From contig CAWJIE010000003.1 of the NCBI GenBank assembly GCA_963842885.1, positions 32,001 through 96,000 on the forward strand: a stretch of 64,000 bases of DNA. Direction: 5' to 3'. Shown here one piece after another: positions 62,167 through 64,000 of the stretch. How positions within the stretch are numbered: the stretch's first letter is position 1; every line of letters begins with the position of its first letter. Both the position numbers and the translations under genes were made by a program. The DNA comes from an uncultured Nitrososphaerota archaeon (GTDB lineage Archaea > Thermoproteota > Nitrososphaeria > Conexivisphaerales > DTJL01). Under the pieces are notes generated by a model. It was not told where the DNA came from, did no database searches, and worked only from the letters and a program-made list of their open reading frames with translations.

Positions 62167-62290
62167 GATTCAGGGAACCTGAAGCCGGGGTAGACGTGCT
62201 CGTGCACCTTCACTACGGCGGGCAACCACTCTGGCGTCTGCAGCTACCACCAGGGGATGGAGGCGGAGATCCTCGTCCAGGGTCCGCAGC
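62167..62290 (+). pseudogene. Cupredoxin (plastocyanin-like) C-terminal remnant
   Basis: DSGNLKPG*TCSCTFTTAGNHSGVCSYHQGMEAEILVQ retains the C-x2-H-x2-M copper ligands; TAG at 62191. Confidence 0.55.
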
Positions 62291-62313
62291 ACCGGGGGCA
62301 CACCGGGAGAGCT

Positions 62314-63873
62314 CTAGCTCCAGCCCGCCATCTTCATCACGACGGGGGTGATGTTCCCTTCTATGATCCCCGCGACAAAGAAAAGCAGCGCCAGGCCCAC
62401 GACGATATAGACGGACTTCCTGGCGACACGATGAAACTCCTCGGTCGTCGAAGGGTCATCACTCCTGACCGACCGCAGGAAGGCCACCCCCAGCTTCATG
62501 CCCACGGAGCCGGCCAGCACGAACGAAGGTATCTCGATGATTCCGTGAGGGAGGATGGCCGCTAGGAACATGGTCGTGTTGGGGACGAGCCCTGAGACGG
62601 CGCCGACGACCGCGCCGTTAAGGAAGAGCGTGACGAAGGGGGCCGCAGAGAACCAGACCCCCGACAGGACGGTGGCTAGGCTGACCTGCCAGTTGTGGAA
62701 GAATATGTAGATCCCCAGCGAGAAGGGGAGGCCTCCGCTGACGAGGGGGTTGATTTGGCCCGCCGAATAGCCCAGGCTGTCGATGAGCTGGGTGAGGCCG
62801 TTCTGCGCCACGTAGACGCCGGCGAACCATCCCAGTACCATGGAGAGGGATGAAAGACAATGGTAGGGGAGGTTCTGGAGGTCCAGGGCGTATGCCTTCA
62901 GTTCCCTCAGCCCCGCGAGGAAGCTCGACCAGAGAGATCTAAGGAGTGGTCTGACGTCCGAGAAGATCGAAGGAAGGAACTCGAGGGGAAGAGGCTCAGG
63001 CCTGCCCACCTCTCTGTAGACGCTGGTCTTGGTCAGGTGAAGCACAGGTGTCACGAGTATCAGGACGCCCACACTCGCGAGCGAAGACAGCGGCAGGTTG
63101 GCCCCCGGCACCAGCGTCGACGCGCCCGTCACGGCGGCAGTGAAGAAGAAATACACTACGCAGTACGTCAGGGAGATCCCATAGTTCCTCCTGCTGACGT
63201 GGATGCTTCTGGTGATGGCGGCCCACCCCGAAAGGTTGTCACCCATGACTGCGACCGGGGTATAGATTAACAGGGAAGAAAGGATGAGGGTGCCTGCAGT
63301 CGCCACCCCGAGGAGGACGAACGAGGCCAGGACGGTGGCCAGCCCGGTGCTCCCGAGAATCGTCAGAGAAGCAACCAGCGCTGCGAGCATCAGGGGCGCG
63401 AAAGTGACGAGATACGAGAGGAAGAGGGTCCAAGCCATCGGCCCCCACCTTTCCCTGAACTTGACCATGACTTCGGCGACTCCCACATGCGACCCGTTCA
63501 GCGCCTCCCAGTACGACCCGAATTCGGCCGAGTAGACGAAGCCGCTCGCCAGGACGTTCACAACCAATGCGACAAGGACCGCCGGGAGCAGGAACACTAG
63601 GGCGACGCCCAGGAACTGCTGAGACGACAACAGTGTCCCCAGCGACGAGTAGTCCCCCGCGCTGAAGGCCTGCGCTATCTGTCTCAAAATGGAGGTCCTC
63701 TCCAGGTCCACGATGAGCCCGAGGATCGCGACCCCGAGGATCGCCTCCGCCAAGACACTCAGCGAACTGGACAGCATCGTGGGCACTGACAGGGCCAGGT
63801 TGGCCCTCCAGGTCCAATACGACTTCGACATCATGGTGTCGATTGAAAAGGCCTTGCGTGGTTGTTGGACCAT
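62314..63873 (-). CDS. SpoIIM (DUF95) domain membrane protein with an N-terminal multi-TM domain
   Basis: C-terminal IFFHNWQV, LFLNGAVVG, ILPHGIIEIP, AGIIEGNITP. N-terminal half GWAAITRSIHVSRRN. Confidence 0.85.
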   Translation of the reverse strand: MVQQPRKAFSIDTMMSKSYWTWRANLALSVPTMLSSSLSVLAEAILGVAILGLIVDLERTSILRQIAQAFSAGDYSSLGTLLSSQQFLGVALVFLLPAVLVALVVNVLASGFVYSAEFGSYWEALNGSHVGVAEVMVKFRERWGPMAWTLFLSYLVTFAPLMLAALVASLTILGSTGLATVLASFVLLGVATAGTLILSSLLIYTPVAVMGDNLSGWAAITRSIHVSRRNYGISLTYCVVYFFFTAAVTGASTLVPGANLPLSSLASVGVLILVTPVLHLTKTSVYREVGRPEPLPLEFLPSIFSDVRPLLRSLWSSFLAGLRELKAYALDLQNLPYHCLSSLSMVLGWFAGVYVAQNGLTQLIDSLGYSAGQINPLVSGGLPFSLGIYIFFHNWQVSLATVLSGVWFSAAPFVTLFLNGAVVGAVSGLVPNTTMFLAAILPHGIIEIPSFVLAGSVGMKLGVAFLRSVRSDDPSTTEEFHRVARKSVYIVVGLALLFFVAGIIEGNITPVVMKMAGWS

Positions 63874-64000
63874 CGAAGCAGGCCAGGCCTTCGTTTCTTA
63901 AAAGGCTTGGAGACGTTCGCGGGCGAGTCCCTTCGGGCTTCGAGGAGAAACCTTATGTCCGAAGGGCACCTCCTCATATGTGGGTTGGCTGGAGAACGGG

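Noticed and set aside
32221-62193. Genome-wide TAG reassignment (three in-frame TAGs at Q/E-like positions)
   Set aside because: Many intact genes end at TAG at the expected C-terminus (DUF885, prenyl synthase, Sec61-beta, rnhA). Two of the three cases are in clearly decayed fragments, and CAG to TAG is a common mutation.
62314-63873. Sporulation function from the SpoIIM domain
   Set aside because: DUF95/SpoIIM-like proteins are common in non-sporulating archaea; no other sporulation genes are present.

Overview
A gene-dense, GC-rich archaeal chromosome segment, most likely a non-ammonia-oxidising Nitrososphaerota (Thaumarchaeota). This placement rests on a CdvB/Snf7 ESCRT-III gene, a Sec61-beta with the APLPASSAGLLRFF motif, a MEDS-domain protein and BRE/TATA promoters with short leaders. 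Respiration genes: a Sulfolobus-like cbsA-Rieske(soxL)-cytochrome b(soxN) operon and cydAB. Metal handling: three VIT1/CCC1 genes, Nramp, CDF, a COG4280-like protein, YHS, a His-rich NifX-like protein and a ferritin relic. Also present: Tat components, two ABC systems, a bacterial-type metK, RNase HI, a prenyl synthase and many small or membrane hypothetical proteins. I saw no rRNA, tRNA, CRISPR array or mobile element. Many genes, including metK and cydB, carry single-base frameshifts that look like long-read assembly errors. The most notable unexplained signals are: a 32-bp promoter-embedded motif in four copies near an ArsR-like regulator (candidate regulon); two paralogous unknown genes flanking a 4xCBS protein; an 11-bp-phased GAACG array; a four-site dyad upstream of cdvB; and a TusA-cupin fusion beside a PadR/thioredoxin/NifX-like operon. 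All protein family calls come from motif recognition by eye, not database searches.
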